In this document: positions 28,050-36,833 of the stretch, piece after piece
Layout: every line of letters starts with the position of its first letter
Numbering within the stretch: the first letter of the stretch is position 1
Origin: Spirochaetaceae bacterium
Lineage (GTDB): Bacteria; Spirochaetota; Spirochaetia; DSM-27196; SLAA01
DNA: 64,000 bases
NCBI GenBank assembly: GCA_007695055.1
Contig: REEM01000143.1
Span: 3,812-67,811, forward strand
Reading direction: 5' to 3'
Notes under the pieces: generated by a model
What the model saw: only the letters and a program-made list of their open reading frames with translations
What the model was told of the DNA's origin: nothing
Database searches by the model: none
Position numbers and translations under genes: made by a program

Positions 28050-29244
28050 AGGTGTCGATTGCGATCTGTAGTTCTTCATTGGTTGGTTCAACCACAATCG
28101 CCGTAGGCGAGTAGTCCATAGAGATTATCCCTTCTCGCGGCCCGTTCTCAAGGTTCTTGCGATAATCCATGACAATTCCCAGGTTCTCAAGGCGGTTGCA
28201 GATTCTCTCTCTCATGCGGGCCCCGTACTGGCCTATGCCCCCGGTGAACACAAGAATATCCACCTTCACAATATTGGCGGCATAGGCCCCAATGAACTTG
28301 CGAATGCGGTAAGCGTACACATCAAGCGCCTCCATGGCGTTTCTGTCTCCCCGCTCGGCCGCGTCCTCAAGGTCCCGCAAGTCGTTGGAGATACCCGATA
28401 GACCAAGCAGACCACTTTGTTTGTTGAGCATCTCGTTCAGCTGCTCCGCGGTGTAGCCCCGTTCAAGCAGGAAGAAAATTATCGCAGGGTCAATGTCACC
28501 GCTGCGAGTTCCCATCATCAATCCTTCAAGCGGAGTAAAACCCATGGAGGTGTCTATAGAACGCCCATTGCGGATAGCTGTAATTGAGGCCCCGTTGCCA
28601 AGATGGCAACTAATGACGTTGGTGTTCTCGGAGGAGCGTTTCAGGTACTTGACCGCCTGCGACGCCACATAACGGTGACTCGTTCCATGGAAGCCATACC
28701 GTCGAATTTTGTACTTGTCGTAGAGCTCGCGTGGCAAACCATAGAGGTACGCAGCCGGAGTCAGGGTCTGGTGGAAGGCTGTGTCAAAGACCGCTACCTG
28801 TGGCACCTGTGGCAGCCGCTGCTGTGCTCCGAGTATCCCGGTCAGATTGACTGGATTATGCAGGGGAGCAAGTTCTATGTTCTTCTCAATTGCAGCAACA
28901 ACTGCGTCGTCTATTATTACCGACTCGGCGTAGTTCTCCCCGCCGTGTACCACACGGTGCCCAACGCCCTTGATCTCCTCTATACCCTCGACCACGCCGT
29001 TGTGTTCGTCCAGCAACGCAGCTACCATGAGCTCCATTGCACGCTCGTGATCGGGAATGCTCTCCTCGCGGCTATACTTTCCGTTAATGCTCACCTGAGT
29101 TATCTTGCCGTTCTTCTCCCCAATCCGTTCAATGCTTCCGCGCGCAAGACTGTCGCGGCTTGGCATATCGTAGACTTCGTACTTGAGCGAGGAGCTCCCA
29201 CAGTTGATCACAAGGATCGGTGCTCCACTTTGTTGTTTTCGCAT
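28012..29244 (-). CDS. ackA: Acetate kinase
   Basis: 410 aa. ILVINCGSSSLKYEVYDM, HRVVHGG, FDTAFHQT, GFHGTSH. Confidence 0.95.
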   Translation of the reverse strand: MRKQQSGAPILVINCGSSSLKYEVYDMPSRDSLARGSIERIGEKNGKITQVSINGKYSREESIPDHERAMELMVAALLDEHNGVVEGIEEIKGVGHRVVHGGENYAESVIIDDAVVAAIEKNIELAPLHNPVNLTGILGAQQRLPQVPQVAVFDTAFHQTLTPAAYLYGLPRELYDKYKIRRYGFHGTSHRYVASQAVKYLKRSSENTNVISCHLGNGASITAIRNGRSIDTSMGFTPLEGLMMGTRSGDIDPAIIFFLLERGYTAEQLNEMLNKQSGLLGLSGISNDLRDLEDAAERGDRNAMEALDVYAYRIRKFIGAYAANIVKVDILVFTGGIGQYGARMRERICNRLENLGIVMDYRKNLENGPREGIISMDYSPTAIVVEPTNEELQIAIDTYELISAPGARTA

Positions 29245-29268
29245 AAGGTTACTCCTAACTCAGTTGCT

Positions 29269-29847
29269 CTACGGCAACTCTATGCCAAGTTCCTCGGCCA
29301 GTCGAATATGAGCCAGCGCGATGTTGTAATGGGCTTCTGCCAGATCCGGGTCAAGGTCAAGCGCTACCCGGAACTCAACAATTGCCTGCCTATGATCTTC
29401 CAGTCGATACAGGGTTGTAGCCAGGTTGTACCGCGCCGACACATCCTCAGCATCTATCGCTACCGCCCGGGAAAAGTCCTGCTCGGCCGCCACAAAGTCT
29501 TCAAGCAGGAAATGAGCGTTGCCGCGGTTGTAGTACGCGCCAAAATGGCCGTCACTCAGTTCAAGAGTTCTGGAGAAGTCGGTGATTGCGTCCTCAAAGC
29601 GCTCAAGATCGTACGCGACCACACCTCGGTTATACACCAACTCCGCCATGTCCGGCTCAAGCTCCAATGCCTGGGAATAAGCCTCGTAGGCCTCAACCAG
29701 ACGCCCGACCTCGTAAGCCGACTCGGCGGAATCAATGAGTTCTTCGAACTCGTCCGCAAACAGGCTTGGAGTCCCCAGCACAACGAAAGCCAGACAAAAG
29801 GCCAGGAAGACCGCAGGTCTGTACGGCTTTATTGTTCGTTTCGGCAT
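29269..29847 (-). CDS. Secreted TPR-repeat protein
   Basis: Track ORF 29269..29970. The start at 29847 gives MPKRTIKPYRPAVFLAFCLAFVVLGTPSLFA, a signal peptide, followed by several TPR units (AYYNRGNAHF, ARYNLATTLY, AHYNIALAHI). Confidence 0.75.
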   Translation of the reverse strand: MPKRTIKPYRPAVFLAFCLAFVVLGTPSLFADEFEELIDSAESAYEVGRLVEAYEAYSQALELEPDMAELVYNRGVVAYDLERFEDAITDFSRTLELSDGHFGAYYNRGNAHFLLEDFVAAEQDFSRAVAIDAEDVSARYNLATTLYRLEDHRQAIVEFRVALDLDPDLAEAHYNIALAHIRLAEELGIELP

Positions 29848-29999
29848 AAATTCCCCCTTTATGTCACTGTTAAGGTAGTACCATCTTCTCTCCAGGTAAA
29901 GTCCCACCCGGCGGATGCTGGCAATGTGGTAGTGCAATGTGGTAGTACAAAGCGGCCAACTTGTATGCATTCAGGCACGTGTGCTACGCTGAGAAGGTA

Positions 30000-31091
30000 A
30001 TGCCGTCCCATGTAGCACATCTGATTTTTGCTGAGCAGGTACGCGACGCCCTCCCCAGCCACCTCCAACCAAGAATGACCGCTGCGAGCTATCCCTTTTT
30101 CGTCTTGGGCGCTCAGGGGCCAGACCTCTTTTACCACAATCGCCGTCGCAAACCCTCGGGTCTCGAGTATGGGGCTCGCCTCCATAGGTATGGCTACGGT
30201 ACGGCTGCTGCTGCCATGTTGAGCTATCTCCTTGAACACAGCCGCCGGAACGTGAATCTTGAAGCCTACCTGTTTGGTTTCATCACCCATGCCTTCCTTG
30301 ATCGAGCGGTTCACCCATACATTAACTACTTCGCGGGCTGGTTTGATCCAAAACGTGAAGAGACCCTTCGGTGGCGGGGAGCCCATGCGTATTTCGAGCG
30401 CCTGGTCGATGTAGTCATTCTGCGTCGATATAGGAACTGCGGCTTCGAGGCCTACGACTTTTTCTCCCGAGCTGACGCTGGCGAGGAAGCTCCCCGGCAG
30501 CTCGTAGAGCTGCTTGCCTACGGACTCAAACAGGCCATACCTCGCGCCCCCAAGGATGAACACCTCCACACACGCATAGAGCACGCCTACCTCGATGCCC
30601 GTGGGTTTTATCAGTACACCAACCGAACACTCGAGCAGTATCTAGCCGAGGAGCTTCGGCACCCAACGAACATGACTCCTGCCGAGCTGCGACGGTCGGC
30701 CTTGCTGCACCCCGCGCATCCACCGACCGAGCTGGACCCGGCAAACGAGTCACGTCGGCCGTGGTTGCATCCGTGTTCCTCCGAGCCTTGGTACAGTTCC
30801 ACGCTTTGGGAACTTATGGATCAGGCACAACACAACGCACTGCCAGCTGCCACATGCATGGCGAGCGCATTTGTTGAACAGAACGCAACGCCTGCTCGCC
30901 GGGGACACAGCGCGACAAGCGCCGAAGCAGCCTTATCTGAACTCATTGGAGACATGAATCTCTCGGATGGACGCCCCGGATCTCGGCCGTGTCCAAAACG
31001 CTTCAGTGAACCTCTGCCCCTCATGGAGCAGTTAGAGAGCTACATTAACGCCGTGACCAACGATCTGATATCGAGTCGGCAAGCAGATTAA
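30000..31091 (+). CDS. Putative zinc-dependent phospholipase C-like metallohydrolase
   Basis: Track ORF 29961..31091. ATG at 30000 (MPSHVAHLIFAEQV...LGAQGPDLFYH...HAFLDRAVHPYINY). His-rich motifs resemble PF00882-like bacterial proteins. The assignment is tentative. Confidence 0.45.
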   Translation: MPSHVAHLIFAEQVRDALPSHLQPRMTAASYPFFVLGAQGPDLFYHNRRRKPSGLEYGARLHRYGYGTAAAAMLSYLLEHSRRNVNLEAYLFGFITHAFLDRAVHPYINYFAGWFDPKREETLRWRGAHAYFERLVDVVILRRYRNCGFEAYDFFSRADAGEEAPRQLVELLAYGLKQAIPRAPKDEHLHTRIEHAYLDARGFYQYTNRTLEQYLAEELRHPTNMTPAELRRSALLHPAHPPTELDPANESRRPWLHPCSSEPWYSSTLWELMDQAQHNALPAATCMASAFVEQNATPARRGHSATSAEAALSELIGDMNLSDGRPGSRPCPKRFSEPLPLMEQLESYINAVTNDLISSRQAD

Positions 31092-31857
31092 AGCCTAGCA
31101 CTGTTGCCGCAATAGCTAAGCCAGGAAGGATTGAGAGCCACGGAGCCACCGCCATATAGTTACGGGCGTCACGCAGAATAAGCCCCCAACTTGGCTGTGG
31201 CGGCTGAATCCCTAACCCCAGATACGAGAGTGAACTCTCAATCACAATTGCAAGCGCAAACAACACCGCCGTTTGCACCACCAACCGCGGGCCCAGGGCG
31301 GGCAACACATGCAGAACAAGGGTGCGCCGCCAGGGGCTCCCAAGTGCACGGCTACTCTGGAAGTACTCGGTCTCACGGAGGGCACGTGCCTCGGCCCGCA
31401 CCAGCCGTAGATAGACAGGTGTAAAGACTATGGCTATGGAAAGGGTCACCGAAAACATACCATACGAGAACACCGCCACCACCGCCACCGCTAGCAGAAC
31501 CGTTGGAAATGACAGCACCGCATCTGCCGGGAGCAGCAGCAACTCCTCTCGCAGACGACTCCCAAACGCCGCAATCAAACCAAGCACGGTACCAAGCAGC
31601 ATGGCCGGAAGCACCGCAAATGCGGCTACCCCCAAGCTTACCCGAGCACCGAACAGCATGCGTGAAAATAGGTCCCGCCCCAGGTCATCGGTACCAAAGG
31701 GGCTACCGGGGGTACCGGGTGTCTCAAATCGTGCATCAAGCCGTTGGGCAGTAGGTGAAGCGGTCGACAGAAACGGAGCCCCGAGCGCGGCCGTAAAGGC
31801 CATGCCCACCAGAAGGAGGCCTACAAGATCACGAACACGCGCCAAGGGTCGCTCCAC
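31045..31857 (-). CDS. ABC transporter permease (peptide/nickel type, DppC/OppC-like)
   Basis: 270 aa, multi-TM. It has the EAA-like loop region SRALGSPWRRTLVLHVLPALGP. Confidence 0.85.
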   Translation of the reverse strand: MERPLARVRDLVGLLLVGMAFTAALGAPFLSTASPTAQRLDARFETPGTPGSPFGTDDLGRDLFSRMLFGARVSLGVAAFAVLPAMLLGTVLGLIAAFGSRLREELLLLPADAVLSFPTVLLAVAVVAVFSYGMFSVTLSIAIVFTPVYLRLVRAEARALRETEYFQSSRALGSPWRRTLVLHVLPALGPRLVVQTAVLFALAIVIESSLSYLGLGIQPPQPSWGLILRDARNYMAVAPWLSILPGLAIAATVLGFNLLADSISDRWSRR

Positions 31858-31862
31858 CTAGA

Positions 31863-33380
31863 CTACTCCGACTCCAGCTCAACCCAACGGAAATCGTAGG
31901 TATCGAGCTTGGCATCCATGTGAAAACCCTGAACCCGATCCGCAATACCAATATGCCGGTAGGAACTCCCGATAAACACCCCAGGTACGTCACGAGCCAG
32001 GATCTCTTGCACCTCAGCGTAGATCTTTGCTCTCTCTTCCGGCTCGGCAACTCGCCGCCCTGCGGCCGTAAGAGCGCGCACCTCCGGGCTATGGTACGAG
32101 ACGTAGTTACCTTCCTCCACGTACTCCGAGAACCGGGCATCTGGGTCAAGTTTCCCGGTGTGTCCAATGACGGTGAGGTCGAAGTTGCCTCCGAAGAATA
32201 CATCGGACAACCAGGTGCTCCACTCTACCAGCTGCAGTTCAACCTCTATTCCGACATCGCCAAGCATCTCCTGATACATCTCGGCAGCCTTCACATGCGG
32301 CTCATAGTTCTGTGGGGCTGCAATGATCGGGGTGAACTCACCGGTATATCCGGCCTCTTCTAACAGTTCTCTCGCGCGCGCGGGATCATAGGGATAAGGT
32401 TCCTCAGGGCCAGCATAAAAGGGATCTCCGTAGTCCATAAAGGTAGTAATGGGGTGGCCGCCAGCGTAGGCAATGTCCAGCACCGCCTGTTTATTAATAG
32501 CATGGGTAGCGGCGCGGCGCACCAAGGGATCGTTAAAGGGCTCGCGCGAGTTGTTTATTGACAGCACCATTACCAAGGAGCTCAACTCGGTGCGTACATC
32601 GACCCCTGGTGCTGCCTGTATGCGACTCAGATTCGTCTCACCAACCATGTCAATTACGTCGAGTCGTCCGGTGAGTAGCCCCTGCTCCTGTACCGGCATC
32701 TCGGTAATAATGTTGAAACGCAGTTCCTCAAGAGCTGGGCGTCCGGGCATCCAGTAGTTGTCGTTGCGGGTCATGCTAATGTGACTGTCCGAGACCCATT
32801 CAATAAACTCAAACGGCCCGGTGCCAATTGGACGAGTGGCAAAGTTGTGACCATCTGCAATGTGATGTGCAGGGAGTATGGCGCCCCAACCGGATGCAAG
32901 TGAAGCTGCAAAAGGGGCATAGGGCTCGCGCAGGGTTATCACCACCGTTAATTCATCCGGTGCTGAGATATCTTGAATAACGCGGAACTCGTCGGCCTTG
33001 GGTGATGCAAAAACCGGATCCAGCAGTCGTTCCAGACTGGCAACGACATCTGCCGAGCTAAATGCGCTGCCGTCATGGAACACCACACCTTCTCGCAGGA
33101 AAAACTGCCACTGCAGTCCATCTTCGGAAACCTCATAGCTCTCGGCCAGTGCCGGAACGATAATGCCTTCGCGATTTGGTTCAAGCAGGGTGTCGTATAG
33201 ACTACGCGTCACCTGAAAGGTGAGAGTGCCGGAAGTTGCGTGAGGGTCAAGGGTGTTCGGATTGCCCGAGACAGCAACCCGCAGCCCAGGGTCTGGTGTC
33301 CCCGCCGTGCATGCAGATAACACAGCCGCGACAATTGAGAGAAAAACTAAGGCCCGGAGGCCGTTGATATACTTTCTCAT
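31863..33380 (-). CDS. ABC transporter substrate-binding lipoprotein, family 5 (peptide/nickel)
   Basis: Track ORF 31863..33515. ATG 33380 follows AAGGAG. MRKYINGLRALVFLSIVAAVLSACTAG carries a lipobox. The body is SBP_bac_5-like. Confidence 0.85.
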   Translation of the reverse strand: MRKYINGLRALVFLSIVAAVLSACTAGTPDPGLRVAVSGNPNTLDPHATSGTLTFQVTRSLYDTLLEPNREGIIVPALAESYEVSEDGLQWQFFLREGVVFHDGSAFSSADVVASLERLLDPVFASPKADEFRVIQDISAPDELTVVITLREPYAPFAASLASGWGAILPAHHIADGHNFATRPIGTGPFEFIEWVSDSHISMTRNDNYWMPGRPALEELRFNIITEMPVQEQGLLTGRLDVIDMVGETNLSRIQAAPGVDVRTELSSLVMVLSINNSREPFNDPLVRRAATHAINKQAVLDIAYAGGHPITTFMDYGDPFYAGPEEPYPYDPARARELLEEAGYTGEFTPIIAAPQNYEPHVKAAEMYQEMLGDVGIEVELQLVEWSTWLSDVFFGGNFDLTVIGHTGKLDPDARFSEYVEEGNYVSYHSPEVRALTAAGRRVAEPEERAKIYAEVQEILARDVPGVFIGSSYRHIGIADRVQGFHMDAKLDTYDFRWVELESE

Positions 33381-33417
33381 GATGAACTCCTTATGCTGTG
33401 CACCGGAGCCGAGGAGT

Positions 33418-34200
33418 TCATAGTCCAAGCAACTCGCGACTGTAGGGGCGTTCCGGTCCCGCCAGAAAACGCTCGGCCTCGGCGCATTCAATGAGTCGGC
33501 CTCGGCGCAGTACACCGATTCGGTCGCTCATATACCCCACCACATCAAGATCGTGGGATATCACTACATAGGTTAACCCATATTGGCGCCGAAGGTCGAG
33601 AAGCAGGTTGAGTATCCCGGCCTGCACCGATAGATCCAGACTCGCGGTTGGCTCGTCTAAAATGAGAACTCTCGGTGAGACGGCCAAGGCCCGTGCAAGC
33701 ACAATTCGCTGCTTCTGTCCTCCGGAGAAAGCAGCTGGGCGACGACTCATGACATCTTTGTCGAGTCCGACCGAGGCCAACAAGCGTACTGCCTCCGCTT
33801 GTCGTTGGGAACGTGGAACTCCGGCCGAGGCGAGTGCCTCAGACATGCTGGTTTCTATGCTGAGATACGGGTTGAGCGAGCTATGCGGATTCTGAAACAC
33901 AATCTGGCACAGGCGTCGTCTCAGACGTTTTTCGCGGCGTGTCGTCCTCCCCAGAATAGCTCGTCCATTCAGCAGAACCTTGCCCTGACTGGGCCGGATC
34001 AGACCAACCAGAATTCGTGCCAGGGTTGTCTTGCCACTCCCCGACTCACCGACCAGGCCCAGCGTCTCACCGTCATAGACCTGCAGGTTTATTGAGTTGA
34101 GGGCTGGCACCGCACGCCTTGATCGCACCAAGCCGGACGAATAGTAATGAGTCACTCCTTGGACTTCAAGAACTGTCGCTGCTTCCATGGCATGGTTCAT
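33418..34200 (-). CDS. ABC transporter ATP-binding protein (DppF/OppF-like)
   Basis: Track ORF 33418..34356. ATG 34200 overlaps the upstream stop (ATGA). Walker A GESGSGKTT, signature FSGGQKQR, Walker B LILDEPT. Confidence 0.9.
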   Translation of the reverse strand: MNHAMEAATVLEVQGVTHYYSSGLVRSRRAVPALNSINLQVYDGETLGLVGESGSGKTTLARILVGLIRPSQGKVLLNGRAILGRTTRREKRLRRRLCQIVFQNPHSSLNPYLSIETSMSEALASAGVPRSQRQAEAVRLLASVGLDKDVMSRRPAAFSGGQKQRIVLARALAVSPRVLILDEPTASLDLSVQAGILNLLLDLRRQYGLTYVVISHDLDVVGYMSDRIGVLRRGRLIECAEAERFLAGPERPYSRELLGL

Positions 34201-35234
34201 ATATTCCGCCCAGGGGTGGAGTTCCGGAGGCCCGCCTCGCCAAGCGGGAGCCTGTCGGAGAAGTAGCATGCAGCGCGATGCGTCGTGCCGCTCAGGATGG
34301 GCTCGGCGCCGCGACAGATTTCGTCTGCCAGCGGGCACCGCGGGTGAAAGCTGCAACCGGAAGGAATGTCCCCAGGCCGCGGCACATCACCGCCAATGGC
34401 TGGCAGCCGCTGACCTCTCTTGTGAACCGAAGGCGCCGAGCTGAGGAGTAACTCGGTATAGGGGTGCCGCGAGTGCTCTAACACCGACGCGGCAGTACCT
34501 TCCTCAATGATGCGTCCGCAGTACATGACAATAACCCTGTCGGCAATATCGCGCACCACTTCAATATCATGAGTCACAACCACCACCGCAAGCCCCATCT
34601 CCCGACGGAGTTCGGCTATGAGTTCAATATGGCGGCGGCGAATTGGTGCATCAAGAGCGCTTGTGGGTTCATCCATGAGAAGGAGTTCAGGCCCGCAGGA
34701 TACCGCCATTGCAATCATTGCACGTTGTTGCATTCCGCCGGACAACTGATGGGGGAAAAGACGCGCGGCTTCCGGGGCTAGTTCGACCTGCTCAAGCACT
34801 TCTTTAACACGGCGTTGTGCAGCCTCCCGCGACAAGCCGGTGTGCACCCGTACTGTCTCGGCAATTTGTGACCCAATACGCCATGCAGGATTCAGGTAGG
34901 GCCCTGGATTTTGAAAGACCATCCCCACCTCACGCCCTCGCACACGAGCCGCCTCGGCATCTGGAAGTGAAGTCATGGTACGCCCGGCCAGAACGACACT
35001 ACCTCTATACACCGCATCTGGTGAACGCAGCCCAAGCAAAGCATACAGCGTTTGCGTTTTTCCGGCGCCTGACTCACCAACAATTGCCAAGGCCTCACCC
35101 CGACTCAGCGAAAACGATACACCACGTACGACCGGGGCTCCGGGGTACTCCACTTCAAGGCCATCTACCCTGAGAACAGCGTTGTCCTCTGGCTTTCTTG
35201 TCAGCTCTGGTGTGCTCATAGGTATGTCTGCCAT
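34197..35234 (-). CDS. ABC transporter ATP-binding protein (DppD/OppD-like)
   Basis: Track ORF 34197..35348. ATG 35234 lies 1 nt after the permease stop. Walker A GESGAGKTQ, signature LSGGMQQR, and an oligopeptide-type C-terminal tail (HPYT...CSFHPRCP). Confidence 0.9.
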   Translation of the reverse strand: MADIPMSTPELTRKPEDNAVLRVDGLEVEYPGAPVVRGVSFSLSRGEALAIVGESGAGKTQTLYALLGLRSPDAVYRGSVVLAGRTMTSLPDAEAARVRGREVGMVFQNPGPYLNPAWRIGSQIAETVRVHTGLSREAAQRRVKEVLEQVELAPEAARLFPHQLSGGMQQRAMIAMAVSCGPELLLMDEPTSALDAPIRRRHIELIAELRREMGLAVVVVTHDIEVVRDIADRVIVMYCGRIIEEGTAASVLEHSRHPYTELLLSSAPSVHKRGQRLPAIGGDVPRPGDIPSGCSFHPRCPLADEICRGAEPILSGTTHRAACYFSDRLPLGEAGLRNSTPGRNI

Positions 35235-35235
35235 A

Positions 35236-36159
35236 CTATCCCCGTAACCGCGGGTCGGCCAATCCGTACAGAAGATCGGCGACAAAGTTGGCGAGTGAAA
35301 ACGCAACCGCACTGAGCATGACAGCCGCCTGAATAACCGGATAGTCACGCCTGAAGATTGAGGAAAGGAGAAGTCTCCCTATTCCCGGGAGCGAGAATAC
35401 ATTCTCAATAATCACGACCCCACCAATCAGATACCCAAGTTGGATTGCCGCAATGGTAATCACCGGCAACAAGGCGTTAGGCGCGGCATGGAGAAGCACC
35501 ACACGTGCTGGTGAAAGACCCCGCACTCGTGCCGCCGTTACGTACTCGCGCTGTAACTCAGCACCCAGCGAACTACGAATATAGCGAGCAAGCACCGCGC
35601 CACGGCCCAGAGCCAAGGCGACGGTTGGTAATACTAAGGAAATCCAGCCCTCATATCCAAAGAGTGGAAAGGCGCTCACCTGTACAGATAAAGCCAGCAA
35701 CAAAAGAATTCCAAGCCAGAACTCCGGGACGGCCAAAAGGAGATGTGAAGGCCCAGCAAGAAGAAGATCCAGTGAGCCCCCCTGCTTCATACCGGCAGGA
35801 ATTCCCAAGGCGGCTCCAATCAACAGCGACAGAAGAAAGGCCGAGGCGGAAAGTCGTAGGGTTAAAGGCAGTCGCTCTCGGATAAGGTCCAGCGCAGGCT
35901 CGCCGGAGAAGAAGGATGTGCCGAAGTCAAGTCTGAGAGTTGAGAGAATCCAGGCTCCGTATTGGAACAGAAGAGGCCGGTCGGTTCCGAGCCGTACTCG
36001 AATGAGTTCCACATCCGCTGCCCGGGCATCTGGCCCGGCAATAACGGTAGCGGGGTCACCAGGAATTATCCGCACCAGAACAAAGACAAAGCTAACTATG
36101 AGAAAAACGGTTACAAACAACCGTAGTGTCTTTGAGAGGATGTATCTCCAGGACAGCAT
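35236..36159 (-). CDS. ABC transporter permease (DppB/OppB-like)
   Basis: 307 aa. MLSWRYILSKTLRLFVTVFLIVSFVFVLVRIIPGDP is a typical N-terminus. Confidence 0.88.
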   Translation of the reverse strand: MLSWRYILSKTLRLFVTVFLIVSFVFVLVRIIPGDPATVIAGPDARAADVELIRVRLGTDRPLLFQYGAWILSTLRLDFGTSFFSGEPALDLIRERLPLTLRLSASAFLLSLLIGAALGIPAGMKQGGSLDLLLAGPSHLLLAVPEFWLGILLLLALSVQVSAFPLFGYEGWISLVLPTVALALGRGAVLARYIRSSLGAELQREYVTAARVRGLSPARVVLLHAAPNALLPVITIAAIQLGYLIGGVVIIENVFSLPGIGRLLLSSIFRRDYPVIQAAVMLSAVAFSLANFVADLLYGLADPRLRG

Positions 36160-36186
36160 GCCGGTGAAGTGCCGCGCTGAACGCGC

Positions 36187-36624
36187 CTACTTCTTCAACG
36201 CCATAAGAATTCGTTCAAGAACCTTTTTTCTGTCAAGCGGCTTGACGATATAGTTCTTTGCTCCCTTCATGAGAGAGTCCTTCACAAGATCGTTCTTGCC
36301 AAGAGCGCTGATCATGACTACAACGGCTTCTTTGTCGAATTCAACGATCTTTTCGAGTGCTGTGACTCCATCCATTTTCGGCATGGTTATGTCCATAGTG
36401 ACGAGATCAAGCTTTGGATGCAGCTCTTTGTACTTCTCTACTGCTTCCTCGCCGTTTGAAGCGGTAGCTACAACGTCAAATCCGGCAGAAGTGAGAACTT
36501 GTCCAAGCTGTTTGGCAATGAACATTGAGTCGTCTACAATCATTACGCGATACGGAGTACCGTCGGATTTCCATCCTTCCGGCTCTTTCTCGTTCATGCT
36601 GGGAAAGTCTACTTTACTCTTCAT
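36187..36624 (-). CDS. cheY: Chemotaxis-type single-domain response regulator
   Basis: 145 aa. MIVDDS...DLVTMDITMPKMDGVTALEKIVEFD...MISALG...GAKNYIVKPLDRKKVLERI, very CheY-like. Confidence 0.75.
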   Translation of the reverse strand: MKSKVDFPSMNEKEPEGWKSDGTPYRVMIVDDSMFIAKQLGQVLTSAGFDVVATASNGEEAVEKYKELHPKLDLVTMDITMPKMDGVTALEKIVEFDKEAVVVMISALGKNDLVKDSLMKGAKNYIVKPLDRKKVLERILMALKK

Positions 36625-36833
36625 TGTTTAGACCGCCTCCACTCTTCCTTATAACGAAAACGTCCGAGACTTGCAAGTCTATACCAAATCTTGCACTACC
36701 GGTTCTTTTTTTTCCGTTTTGCCGCTATGGGGCGACAGGAGCGGCGTAAGACGGTATAGTGGAGTCACACGATGCAACAAGACTTGCGGCCATGTATCCC
36801 TATGCAGCGCCGTAACCGCAAAGGAGTTACAAG

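Noticed and set aside
28603-30000. 465-aa + strand ORF, one of the longest in the track
   Set aside because: It lies antisense to ackA and the TPR gene, both of which have unambiguous family motifs. Its product has no recognisable motif and the odd composition typical of antisense frames in GC-rich DNA.
29859-30584. 241-aa minus-strand ORF overlapping the 30000..31091 + gene
   Set aside because: The + frame is longer and has a His-rich metallohydrolase-like N-terminus (MPSHVAHLIF...GPDLFYH...HAFLDRAVHPY). It is also well placed relative to its neighbours. The minus ORF would overlap the TPR gene start and has no motif. The rejection is moderately confident only.
36728-36776. Sigma-54-like matches upstream of the 605-aa gene (TGGGGCGACAGGAGC and TGGAGTCACACGATGCA)
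   Set aside because: The first has correct GG-N10-GC spacing but poor flanking matches. The second has an 11-nt spacer. Neither approaches the consensus seen at 38862-38847.
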